From positions 28,396,001 to 28,460,000 of the forward strand of contig NC_073398.1 in NCBI RefSeq assembly GCF_028641065.1: a stretch of DNA of 64,000 nucleotides, read 5' to 3'. The notes below the pieces were generated by a model. That model saw nothing but the letters and a program-made list of their open reading frames with translations. It searched no databases and was not told where the DNA came from. Origin of the DNA: Leucoraja erinacea (Eukaryota). The position numbers and the translations under genes are program-made. This document shows positions 52,620-64,000 of this stretch, piece after piece (the first letter of the stretch is position 1; each line of letters begins with the position of its first letter).

Positions 52620-54195
52620 GTCAGTGCCTTGCCCACCACCCATGTCTACCTCAATGGACCATTCTACCCCTCAAACCCTTTCCTCCCAATATCAGATCAG
52701 GACTATCGCCATTCAGTTCCATTTCTGTTCCTTGATTCTATTTCTCTTGAAAATGTTCACTTGACTCTTTGTTCTCACAGGGTTTTCAAGAGTTAGATTT
52801 AGTTTTAGGGCTAAAGGAATCAAGGGATATGGGGGAAAAGCAGGATGGGGGGTACTGATTTTAGATGATTAGCCATGATCATATTGAATGTCTGTGCCGG
52901 CTTGAAGGGCTGAATTGCCTACTCCACCTACTTTTCTATGTTTTGGGGAAGATGGTCCAGATTTTCACTGCCCTTGCGGTGAAGATGTGCTTCCTCACCT
53001 CATCCCTGGAAGGCCCAGCATGTGTTTTTCATGTCATTCACTCTTGTTCACGAGTACTAGTGGAAATAGTTTCTCTCTGCCCATCCAGTGGTGCAGCTGG
53101 TTGAGCTGCTTCCTGTCAGACCTAGAGACGCTGGTTCTGACCTCGGTTGCTGTCTGTGTGGAGTTTATACGTTCTTTCGGTGACTGCGTGGATTTCCTCT
53201 GGTGCTCCAGTTTCCAACCGCACCTGAAAGATATGCAGGTTTGTAGGGTAATTGGATACGAAAGCGCTGCCCATGTGGCTGGGCACAGAGAAACTAAAAT
53301 GGCTTCCATAACCTTGCAATGACCGACATGGCAAAAGGAGGCAGAGTGATGCAGCAGTAGAAATACGACCTTACAACACCAAAGACCCGGGTTCGATCCT
53401 GACTACGGATCAGAAGGTCATAAGTGATAGTAGAATTAGGCCATTCGGCCCATCAAATCTACTCTGCCATTCGATCATGGCTGATTTATCTTTTCCTCCT
53501 AACCCCATACACCTGCCTTCTCCCCATAACCTCTGACACCTGAAATAATCAATAATTTATCTGTCTCTGCCTTAAAGATATTTTGCTGTGTGTATGGAGT
53601 TTTTACGTTCTCCCTGTGACCTGCGTGTGTTTTCTCCGAGTGCTCTGGTTTCTTCCCACTGTCCCAAGACGTACAGGTTTGTAGGTTAATTAGCTTTGGT
53701 GATATTTGTAAATTGTCCCAAAGTGTTTAGGCTAGTGCTCGTGTATGGGGATTGCTGGTTGGTGCAGACTCGCTGGGCCGAGGAACCCGTTTCCATGCTG
53801 TATCACTAAACTAAAATAGAGTAAAATTAAAGCTCTAAAATCAAGAGCTTGGAAACTGTAAATTTGGCCGCTAATTTGATCGCAGCAAAATCCTGCAGCC
53901 AGCAATCTCGTAATGTTATCAGTCACGTAATTAAGTGCTGACCAGGGATAATTTCTCCGTTATACAATATAGAACCACTTCAGGGGACAGGCAGGCTGGT
54001 TTAATGTTGACACTCTGGCAATGTAACACTTTGAGCCCACAAACTCCTATTTCATAAGTGAGAATGACGCAGAACCAAGTTATTTGAGATGACGTGGACT
54101 CTGCAAACAGGCTGTGGGTATGGCAGCGTTCGTGCGGGGGGGAAACTGTGTGCTTATATGTTTATTTCTCTTCTCTCCTCGGTTGCTGCCTACAG

Positions 54196-54297
54196 TTGGT
54201 GGGAATTCTTCTCTCCCAGATCCTCATCAATCAGATCAAAGATCAGATTGAGCTCCAGAAATACAACAGCCAGCACAGAGCCGATCCCTGGTACTGA
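54196..54297 (+). CDS. TSPAN33: Tetraspanin-33 last coding exon
   Basis: ctacag acceptor; LVGILLSQILINQIKDQIELQKYNSQHRADPWY*; C-terminus matches TSPAN33; total CDS 837 nt = 278 aa + stop. Confidence 0.95.
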   Translation: MVGILLSQILINQIKDQIELQKYNSQHRADPWY

Positions 54298-55056
54298 ATG
54301 CGCTCTCTCCAGAGTGAAGGGGGGGATGCTGGCTTTTACTACCGGTTGAGAGGGCCTTCGCATCGATGAATTTACTCACCGAGAAAGGACTGCCGGACAT
54401 CGGGAATGGCAAAACGCCACTCTGCTCGCTCGGGGGTACATGTGCTGTGTCCACTGGATGTGCAGATGCTCAAACTCGTCGTTTTAACTGGATTTCTCAT
54501 CACATCCTTCAGTGTCACTGTGTGAAATAAATTCACATGTTTTGCAATTCGTAGTATTCTGTGGCGTGTTTCTCGGGTACAGGTATGAAGCACAATGTCC
54601 CATTATAACTGTGGGGCAGTCTCATCCCTCCTGTCGTTGAGTACTTGCAGTTGCCCTTCAAGGAGTGTTTGCATCCGGTGCAATTAAGTTTATCTGTGCC
54701 TGTGTTTGCTGCAGTCGGTCGAGTCGCCTGCCTGTGCCTCCATCCGTTACTGTTAAACTACATTTGTGCTGCTCTATTTTACTGTTTTATTTCAGTCAGT
54801 GAGACAATGTGGGTGAAAAGGGCCAACTTTTTAACGGGAGATTTCCCTATCAATTACCTACCAGAGATGGTTTAGTTCCAGTCTATTGTGCTTTGTGGCC
54901 ACTGACTAAACCTAGCACTGAAGAGGAAAATACTTTTGAGATATGGAGTTATTGTATAGAGCTTCATGTTAATATGTTCATATGTCAGGATACAATCTTA
55001 TTGTCTAAAAAAAATAATGTACATTTTTTTGGTAAATGAAATATTTTTGTCTTTTT

Positions 55057-55062
55057 AATAAA
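55057..55062 (+). terminator. Candidate TSPAN33 polyadenylation signal (alternative at 54526-54531)
   Basis: AATAAA in an AT-rich 3' UTR end, followed by a GT/T-rich stretch. Confidence 0.5.
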
Positions 55063-58000
55063 AATAACATTAAACTGTGATGAAGTGTTTTCTTTAGTAA
55101 ATTTGCCGACTGTGCAAAAAATTCTGTTCGAGGGCCAGAGATTGTAGAACCAGGGAGTGTGAAATGCCCTGGGACCTGGTTCATTTTAAAGGAAAGACGG
55201 GTCATGCCTTCCCAGCTACCAGCCACAGGTTCCTCAGAAAAGAGGGGCTACATCTAGGATAGGGAGTAGGTACCAAAGACTGGCTCCACTGACCTGCAAC
55301 AGCCTGCTGTCCAAGCTCTCGTGAGGAGATACTAAAGGGTTGTGGAGTGGCTTTGGTAAATTGTCCCTAGAGTGTAGGATAGAACTTGTGTATAGGTGAT
55401 CGCTGGTTGGTGAGACATTGTGGGCCGAAGTGCCTGTTTCCACAATGCTTCTCTAAACTAAAACTAGAAGTCAATGTCAGGGAGAGAGTTCAAGCAGAGG
55501 AAAGTGGAGCCCAGCTTTGCCTCACACCAATGACTAACTACAATCCTATTGGAAAAATCCACACTTAAATAACGAGTACTACCAAATCCCCTTCCCCTCC
55601 CCCACCGGTACTTTGCTGACAACACCACCCCTGCAGGCTGATACTGGGGTGTGGTGAGGGTGTATTGTTAGATTGATAACCAGAGTAAATGCTGAAAGGC
55701 CGAGTGGGAGGTCGGGGATCGACAAGACCCGGGTCCTGAATTTTTTTTTTTGAAACAACAGTGTTTATCGGTTAGCAAGCTGCTCCAAGCTCCACAAAAA
55801 TATTTCAAACAGGCTCATGTTTAAATCTGTTTTTTTTCCCCATGATGGTTATTGCAGGAGATGAACTAGCAATTAAATATAAAACAAGTCTGTTTGTCGG
55901 CACGGGGCCTCAAGGGTTGCAGTCTGAGGGTGGAGGGCCTGCCTGCCTGCCTGTGTGTGGTCCCAAAGACTTGGCAAGCCTGCCACTCCCAGCAGACCAA
56001 CGCTCCACTTGTTTTTCACTGTCAGTCTCAGTTCACAGCCCTGCCCTAAAACGCGTTTCCCCCCCCCCCCCATGGTTTTTGCCCCCGCTCATCTGCTTTC
56101 CTATGTGGAAGGCATTGACGTTCAGAGGGAGTGAGCACAGAAGAGAACTGTGAAAAAAAACTCTGGCTGCAGCCTTGTGCACAGCCGTTTACAGAGTGAG
56201 CTAGTTTCACTGCGTGCTGTTCCCTGCTGCATCTGTCAATTTCCCACCCACCTTCGTCAGTGAGGCAGCGTGTGGTAAAATCACATTACTGCACATGATC
56301 TTGCCTGGCCATGAAGCACTTCACAGCTAAAGTCCAGCCTTGTCTTTGGTCAAACCCTGCCACCCCCGCATTCACCAGCTCCCCACCCCCACAACAAATC
56401 CACATGCAACATTTGCTCGTGGTGTTTTGGTACTTGGAAATGTTTACACTTTGCTAATCCACAGACCATTTATATAGTACCTTCATTGACTCTTGCAAAC
56501 GGAGTATAGGAACCCTAGCTAAATGATCTGGGCAAATCAGTGTTTGTGGGTATCTTGAGGTGCAAGTTCCTGTTCCATTTCCTTGTGGAGGTGGTAAATT
56601 GACAGATGGAATTTAAGCTCTTTCCTGGAATATTAAAATGATAAATCATACTTGGAGCCAGTTTGTATACCTTAGTCAGTTTTGATGCCTAGCTTAAAAT
56701 AGCCTGGAATTTGCTATACTAAACATTGAATGAACGTGATCAATTGCAATTCCTGTTCTACAGTAAGCGCTGCTTTCTGGGCTGGAGATGACAGAAATAG
56801 CAATTGCATATTTTTCTTTTCCTCAATAAACAGAGATCTCACATCTCCACTTCTATTGCAGATCTCTGCATTCCCTCCGGATAGATACTGCTATGTGTTG
56901 GAAACTGGATACCAGCAGTAAACCAGTGTGAGAGCATAGACTGCCAGTTATCGTCACCTCCACACGTTTGATTCCATTCACTTCAATGGTGCCAAATGCA
57001 ATGAGGTGAATGCAGCTGGTTTCCAGCAGTGTGCACAGAAGCATTTTCTTCAAAGCAAACAAGCCAAGACCAGGTGTGGGATCTAATGTTGCATTTCCAT
57101 TTGCATCCCTGTTATGGACTGACTTCTGCCAATTTGATGGGACTCCATTCTTTACCATTAGAATTTAATGACATGTATAAACTATCAAACGTGCACAATT
57201 AAAACATAACATTTTTTTATGCTTGCCTTTGATCCAGGCATCTCCTCTTCTGCCCCCTAAAGCTTTGGGTCTATAGTGAGAAGCAGTGACTGGACCACTG
57301 ATACCTGGAAAGCAGAATCTTTGGGCACCTTTCCACTTGTGGGAGCAGATGGAAGGAATCTTAAGATCCCTGGAAAATTGACAAATCATTGTAAATTCAA
57401 CATTAAATTTGGGGTGTTACTGGGTATGGTGGTGTTCAGCTTCTATTGCTTCCTCGGCAGTTCTTGTGATTCAGGATGACTTGCTTTTGCTCCAGATCTG
57501 TGGGTACTGAGGCCACTATGGTGCACCTGGACTCCTTCACAGGTGGGGCAGGCAACTGGGGGATGGAAAGTTTGTCCCGTGTTATTTAATCTGCAGGAAC
57601 TTGCCTGCTCCCCTCTCCTAGGCATCAGCAAGCAGGGGATCTGATCTCCCTTCCTAGTTATGTACTACTCCATCCAGTTGGAGAGATAACCAAACTTGCC
57701 GTGACTGGCATCTCCTCATTGGAAAGATTGTCCCATGCTTAGCAGGAGAGTGTTGTTTACTGCACTAATTTATACTTTAATTATTATCCACTGGTTATGA
57801 CCATAATGGAGAAATGAGAGTTTGGGAGGATGTAAAGGCATTTGGGGAGACAGTGTTCAAAGTTATGGAAAGATCTAAGAGGGAGTCAGCATTGGGGGTA
57901 GCACGGTGGCGCAGTGATAGAGTTATAGCTCCAGAGACCCTTGTTCGATCCTGACTGCGGGTGCTGTTTGTGTGCAGTTTGCATTTTCTTCCTGTGACCT

Positions 58001-60279
58001 GCATGGATTTTCTCCAGGAGTTCCGGTTTCCTACCACACACCAAAGAAGTACAGGTTTGTAGGTTAATTGGCTTGGTAAAATTGTAAATTATCCCTAGTA
58101 TGTGTAGAATGGTGTTAATGTGCAGGGATCGCTGATCGGTGTGGATTCGGTGGGCAGAAGGGCCTGTTTCCCCGCTGCATCTTTAAACTAAACTAAGTAG
58201 TTTCTCTGACAGGAAGGCAAAGTTTTAATATAACTGGTAAAAGTACCAAGAGGTAAAATGTGGCAAAATTGGCCTTGTTGTACGATATAAATCTACAGTA
58301 GGTAGAGGAATTGGACAGGGGACAGGGACATCTGAAGAAGATGGGAGGAAAAGGAGTAGGAAGAAGGGAAATGGATTTGAAAGGTTGCCACATGTGCCAG
58401 GAATCAAACGGCCAAATTCTACGTAGCATCACTCTCCATTTCTATGGATGTAAAGTGTCGCAATTTTTAGAAACTGTTCTGACGATGCTAATGTATAGGA
58501 AGGAATTGCAGATGCTGGTTTAAACCGAAGATACACAAACAGCTGGATTGTTGGGTCGGAGACCCTTCTTCACTCTGAAGAAGGGTCGCGACCTGAAACA
58601 TCACCCATTCCTACTCTCCTGAGATGATGCATGTACTCCTGCCTTTTTTGTCTATCTGATCATGGAAATAATGGACTCTATCCATTTGTAATGCTAACAC
58701 TCCCTCCAATGGTCCAGGATACCCGGGCATTCATCAACATACCCAATCCCATCAATCTTCTAAGGAAGTAAAAGGGTTGTTGGGCTTGCTTTATGATTGC
58801 ACATGTTGGGTTCAGGACATAATTGGAGATATGAGCACCCAGGAACTTGATTGTTGACTCTCCACCACTGACCTATTTCCTGGAGCATTAATGTGCATAT
58901 TGGAAGATACTGTATTGAGAAAAATAGTATTGAGGTACAGCACTATGAAAAGGACATCAACAATATATATATTGAAGCATTCTATATTGAGAGTCTAATA
59001 CCGATAGGTACTCTAGAGAGAAATACCTTATTCACATCTCTGTACTGAAGACTATTAAGGAATATTGTAGAAAAAGGGCATAGTAGGAGAAGGAGATGTT
59101 GAGGATCATTGTACTCGGGGATGACCCACCACGGGATATAGTATTAAGGGGGACCCACAATGGGACAATGCATTGTCCCAATGATAATTCTATTCAATAC
59201 TTCAAGCGCCATTAGTTTTTTTTTTTTTAAACATTTTTGTGCATATTGGACTCTGGTGTAAGCACACTTGATTGGGGGAGGAGAAACTAGATTTATTTTG
59301 TGCACTTCATTCAATGGGCAAAACCATTACAGAGATTTATTTTTAAAGAAGGAACTGCAGATGCTGGAAAATCAAAGATAGATAAAAACGCTGGAGAAAC
59401 TCAGCGGATGAGGCAGCATCTAAGGAGCAAAGGAAATAGGCGACGTTTTGGGTCGAGACCCTTCTTCACTCAATATTCATGAAAGCAGGTCCTTTGGTCC
59501 ATGGAGTCCAGGCTGACCATCGATCGCCCGTTCACACTAGCTCTATGTCATCCCCCTTTCGCATCCACTCCCTGCTCATGGGGGACATGTTACAGAGGCC
59601 AGTTAACCTACAGACCCACACGTCTTTGGGATGTGGTAGGAAACAGGAAAACATGGAGGAAACCCATGTGGTCACAGGGAGAACATGCAAACTACACACA
59701 GACAACACCTGAGGTCAGGATAGAACCTGGCGCTCTGAGGCAGCAGCTCTATCGGTTGTGCCAGGTGCCACTGTATTGCCAGGTTAAACGGGTACCATTT
59801 GCCAGGTAGATTAGACAAGTCCAATGGGAGGCTGCAGGCCACTTAAACCACAGCCTAGTAAACCTCTGCAAGAATAGAGAGTGGAGTGGGTGGTGGAGGA
59901 AGCCTGGGTTTAATTTTGGTTATTTTGGTTGCAGCATCTCAGTAAAGTTTACGTTTAAATTAGCCGGGGTCACTCGGAGGCCGAAGGCACACAAAATTGC
60001 TGGAGAAACTCAGCGGGTGCAACAGCATCTATGGAGCGAAGAAAATAGGCGACGTTTCTGGCCGAAACCCTTCTTGGAGGGTTAAACGTCACTCGGAGGC
60101 CCCCGTGTTTCCATGAAGTGAGTGAGTGGGTCGGGGGTCTCCAGCTGACCCAGGGCTAGATGTTCTGAAACTACAAGTGCCTGCCTGAAGTTTTCCAGCG
60201 CCCGTGTTTGCAGCGGCTGCGTGTGAACTTGCTGTCCCACAAGAGCTTTTTGTTTGCATGTAGTGGGGGATGTTCTCTG

Positions 60280-61031
60280 TTTAACTGCAGGGGAAGGTGG
60301 ACGGAGGCCTGTGAAGGGGGCTCTCGTTGCTCTGAAGCTCTCGCTAGCGCTGATCTGAGTGCGAGTTAGCCAGGGGGTGGGATTGGCTTCGTTTCGCCAT
60401 GTGCCTCCCACTCCCCACCTTGAATAAAGCCAGCTGGTGACGAGCCAGAGGGCAAACAAAGTATTTTTGTTCACTGGACGTGTGTGCAAGTTCTCCTTCT
60501 TATGGACTGAAGACCCGGGACTTACACGATCACTGGAAGAAGTTTGAGAAGGAAGGGAGGAGAGAAGGAGAATACCGCCGGCGATCAAATTACATTTTTG
60601 TTTCTCTGTCTCACTGTCACTTCATAACGTGGGAGTCGAGGGGCGAACTGAACGAGATCACATTCACATTCATCGTTGTTTTAAATCGACTCATTGGCAT
60701 TTTTTTCGTGTTTTTTTGTGAGTTTTTTTGTTAAATGTGACGGCATTTAAGGTAAAGAGTCCCCTCTCGCTGAGTTTGGAGAGAGGGGGGGAGGGGGGAG
60801 GAGGAGGAATGGTGAAACCCCAGGCTACGAGCAATGGAAACTGACGCGATGGAATTTGCTGAAAGTTGGGAAGCGGTCACATCTGGGGCAAGGAGACGCG
60901 GGCGAAGGGGCCAGCAACCAGTTGGATGAAGTTTCACCAACTTTGTTTCTCGGTGGAAAGGAGAGCCGACCCATGGTGCGGAGAGGCGAGCGCAGAAGGG
61001 ATTTCTTTAACTTTGTGACTGCAAGTCCAAG
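60280..61031 (+). promoter_or_regulatory. SMO promoter/5' leader region
   Basis: CpG-enriched, reverse CCAAT (attgg) about 60382, purine-rich tract 60780-60808, upstream of SMO ATG. Confidence 0.5.
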
Positions 61032-61281
61032 ATGTCTACCGGGTGGGAGTCTTTTGTTAAGGCGACTGCAGCCTGCCTGCTTCTCCTCTCCACTTTCCCG
61101 GGGCAGAGCGGCACCAACCACACGTCTGCTCACGACCGCTGTAAGAAGGTGTCGGACTGCGAGCCGCTGAGGTACAGCACATGCCTGGGCTCGGCGCTGC
61201 CCTACACACATACCTCGCTCGCCCTGGCCGAAGACTCCACAACTCAAGAGGAGGCACACAACAAGCTGGTCCTGTGGTCAG
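61032..61281 (+). CDS. SMO: Smoothened coding exon 1 (signal peptide + start of CRD)
   Basis: Hydrophobic N-terminus then [42 protein letters not shown], matching the SMO CRD; cag|gtactg phase-1 donor; downstream of TSPAN33 as in human. Confidence 0.95.
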
Positions 61282-62684
61282 GTACTGCATTCATATCGAA
61301 AAATAAACAAGCTCGACTTTTCATGATAAATAAGAATAGAAAATCTTGTAAGCTCCAATCCATCCCTGTCGTATTTCGCACCATTTTAAGTTCAAGATGC
61401 TATCAGAGAAAAACACAACAGATTGATTTTCCTCACAGCCTGAAAGATGGCTTCCTCAGGGAAAAGACTGAGTGGCTTTTAGTTTCACAGGGCTTACACT
61501 TCTTGGTCAGTGTGAAACAAACTTGGGGTCATTACTAAGGTTTATGATTGAAAATAAATTCCAGTTAACGGCTCTGCCAGAGAGGACTAAGATGAAAAAT
61601 ATCTTCAGTAAGAGATGTGAAACTGGAATTCTTCACTCCAGAAGGCTGTGAATGCTCAGTTCAGATTTACATATTTTATTTTAAGATCTCTCGAATAAAA
61701 GGCAACAATTAATTAAGCTACCAAGTTGGTTAAAAAATATTTTTTCCTCGCACTCATCCACCAATGAAGGAAATTTGCCATCCTTATCTGATCTAGCCAA
61801 AACATGATGCCACAGCACTGCAAAGTAATTGAGTCTGAACTAATCTTTGAAATGCCTGGTGACCCTCAATTGTGGCAAGATCTCTTGTCCCTGTAGGAGT
61901 TCCTCGACCGTGGTTGTTCAAGGTGATGGCTCATCTTCAGTTCCTTAAGGGCAATTGATATTGCTAGCAATCCTCAAATTCCATGCAAGGAAATACAATT
62001 GTAAGACTGTGGGTATAGATGGAAGTTGCAGTTCAGACATCTTAGTTCAGGTGATATAATTCATTCAAATGTCATTAATATTTTGATGCTCTGCAGGACT
62101 GCAACTGGACAAAAAAAACAGTAAGGCAGAGAAGTCAAGATTGAGCAAAAATGTTGGATAGTCAGGATGAGCTTTAAAGGAGAAAGATGTTAAACAAAGG
62201 AATCATGGAACACGAAGTACACCAGTGATGGGGCAAAGTAACAGGGGATGCAGTCACAGCTTTTAGAAGGATGGGTGCTTAAGGAAGTTGCAAACATAAT
62301 GGGGAAAACTTTTTTAAGTAATTTTAATAGTGGTTCATTATTGGCCAGCAAGTAGATGACTGCTTGATGAATGAGATTTGGTGTGACTTAGGGTGTATTG
62401 AAGTGTTATGAATGGGATGTGGTGTGCTTTATGGTGTAACCATTGGAGTTTTGTGAATGGGATTTGGTGTGACGTAGATTGTAGCCATTAGAGTAATGTA
62501 GCCATTTGCTTTTGCTTGAGTCAGAAGTTGGGGAGGGTGATGAATGCACTGACAAGAGTATGGAGAATTGAGCAGTCCAACAGTTGGGATTTTCACAATT
62601 AGTGAGGAAAATTGCAGTTTATTCAGTATAAGCAATAATTATTGCAGAATAAGTGAATGAATTGTGTGAGATCGTGAAGAGCTA

Positions 62685-63896
62685 CAGTGGCCTCCATAAT
62701 GTTTGGGACAAAGACCCATCGTTTATTTATTTGCCTATGTTCTCTACAATTTGAGGTTTGTAATAGAAAAAATCACACGTGGTTAAAGTGCACATTGTCA
62801 GATTTTGATAGCCATTTTTATACATTTTGGTTTCACCATGTAGAAATTACAAGTGTTTATACACAGTCCCCCCATTTCAGGGCACCATACTTTGGGACAC
62901 AGCAATATCATGTAAATGAAAGTAGTCATGTTTAATATTTTGTTGCATATCCTTTGCATGCAATGACTGCTTGAAGTCTGCGATTCATGGACATCACCAG
63001 TTGCTGGGTGCCTTCTCTGGTGATGCTCTGCCAGGCCTGTATTGCAGCCATTTTTAGCTTATGCTTATTTTGGGGGCTAGTCCCCTTCAGTTTTCTCTTC
63101 AGCACATAAAAGACATGCTCAATTGGGTTCAGATCATATGATTGACTTGACTGTAACGTGGCCATCCTATTTTTGCAGCTTACCAGTGGTTTGCATCTTG
63201 CAGTGTAGCCTCTGTATTTCTGTTCATGAAGTCTTCTGCGGACAGTGGTCATTGATCAATCCACACTCGACTCCTGAAGATTGTTTCTGATCTGTCGGAC
63301 AGGTGTTTGGGGATTTTTCTTTATTATAGAGATAATTCTTCTGTCATTGGCTGTGGAGGTCTTCCTTGACCTGCCAGTCCCTTTGTGATTAGAAAGCTCA
63401 CCAGTGCTCTCTTCCTTCTTAATGATGTTCCAAACAGTTGATTTTGGTAAGCCTAAGGTTTGGCTGATATCTCAAACAGATTTGTCCTTGTTTCTCCGTC
63501 TCATAATGGCTTCTTTGACTTTCATTGGCACAGCTTTGGTCCTCATGTTGATAAACAGCAATAAAAGTTTCTAAAGATGATGGAAAGACTGGAGGAAAGA
63601 CTAGGTGCTGAGAGCTCTCTTGCACCTGCATGAAGGGGGCAATTAAACCCATCTGAGCGATTACAAACACTTATGAAGCCATGTGTCCTAAACATCATGG
63701 TGCCCTGAAATGGGGGGACTATGTATAAACACAGCTGTAATTTCTACATGGTGAAACCAAAATGTATAAAAATAACCTTTATTAAAATCTGATAATGTGC
63801 CCTTTAACCACATGTGATTTTTTTATATTACAAATCTCAATTGTGGAGTACAGAGGCAAATAGGTGTCTTTGTCCCAAACATTATGGAGGGCACTG
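62685..63896 (-). mobile_element. Tc1-like transposon, internally deleted
   Basis: TA TSDs; about 200-bp TIRs starting cagtggcctccataatgtttgggacaaagac; minus ORF TTVRRRLHE..RCKPL joined to SYDLNPIEHV, lacking the first two catalytic Asp regions. Confidence 0.92.
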
Positions 63897-64000
63897 TAGG
63901 TCTTGGTACAGGTAGATTGTAATTGCAAGTTTTTGATGATTTTGGTGAGGAGAAGCATGTCAATAAGGAAAATGAGCAAACCAAGGATAGAAATATTTTT

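Noticed and set aside
912-60080. CRISPR-like or prokaryotic repeat system
   Set aside because: The repeats are dispersed retroelement fragments in both orientations, with no regular repeat-spacer array or cas genes; the sequence is eukaryotic

Overview
Vertebrate genomic DNA, most likely a cartilaginous fish (skate/ray-like, inferred from the tRNA-derived SINE, CR1 and Penelope repeat content). Four spliced genes lie on the + strand: (1) the last three coding exons of an RI-type LRR, probably NLR-family, gene with an unusual non-LRR C-terminal tail (1796-3541); (2) a four-exon, 136-aa gene encoding only the legumain C-terminal prodomain (activation peptide + LSAM), with no catalytic exons, no signal peptide and one Cys missing from each of the two LSAM disulfides (12998-16073); (3) complete 8-exon TSPAN33 (25146-54297); (4) the first coding exon of SMO (61032-61281). 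TSPAN33-SMO adjacency matches the human arrangement. The rest is dense with repeats: CR1 and Rex1-like LINE fragments, tRNA-derived SINEs, hAT/Harbinger MITEs, a deleted Tc1 element, and many Penelope-derived terminal repeats carrying a minimal hammerhead-ribozyme core. There is a 146-N gap at 30162-30307. Homology calls come from recalled sequences, not database searches, and repeat boundaries are approximate unless TIR/TSD are given.
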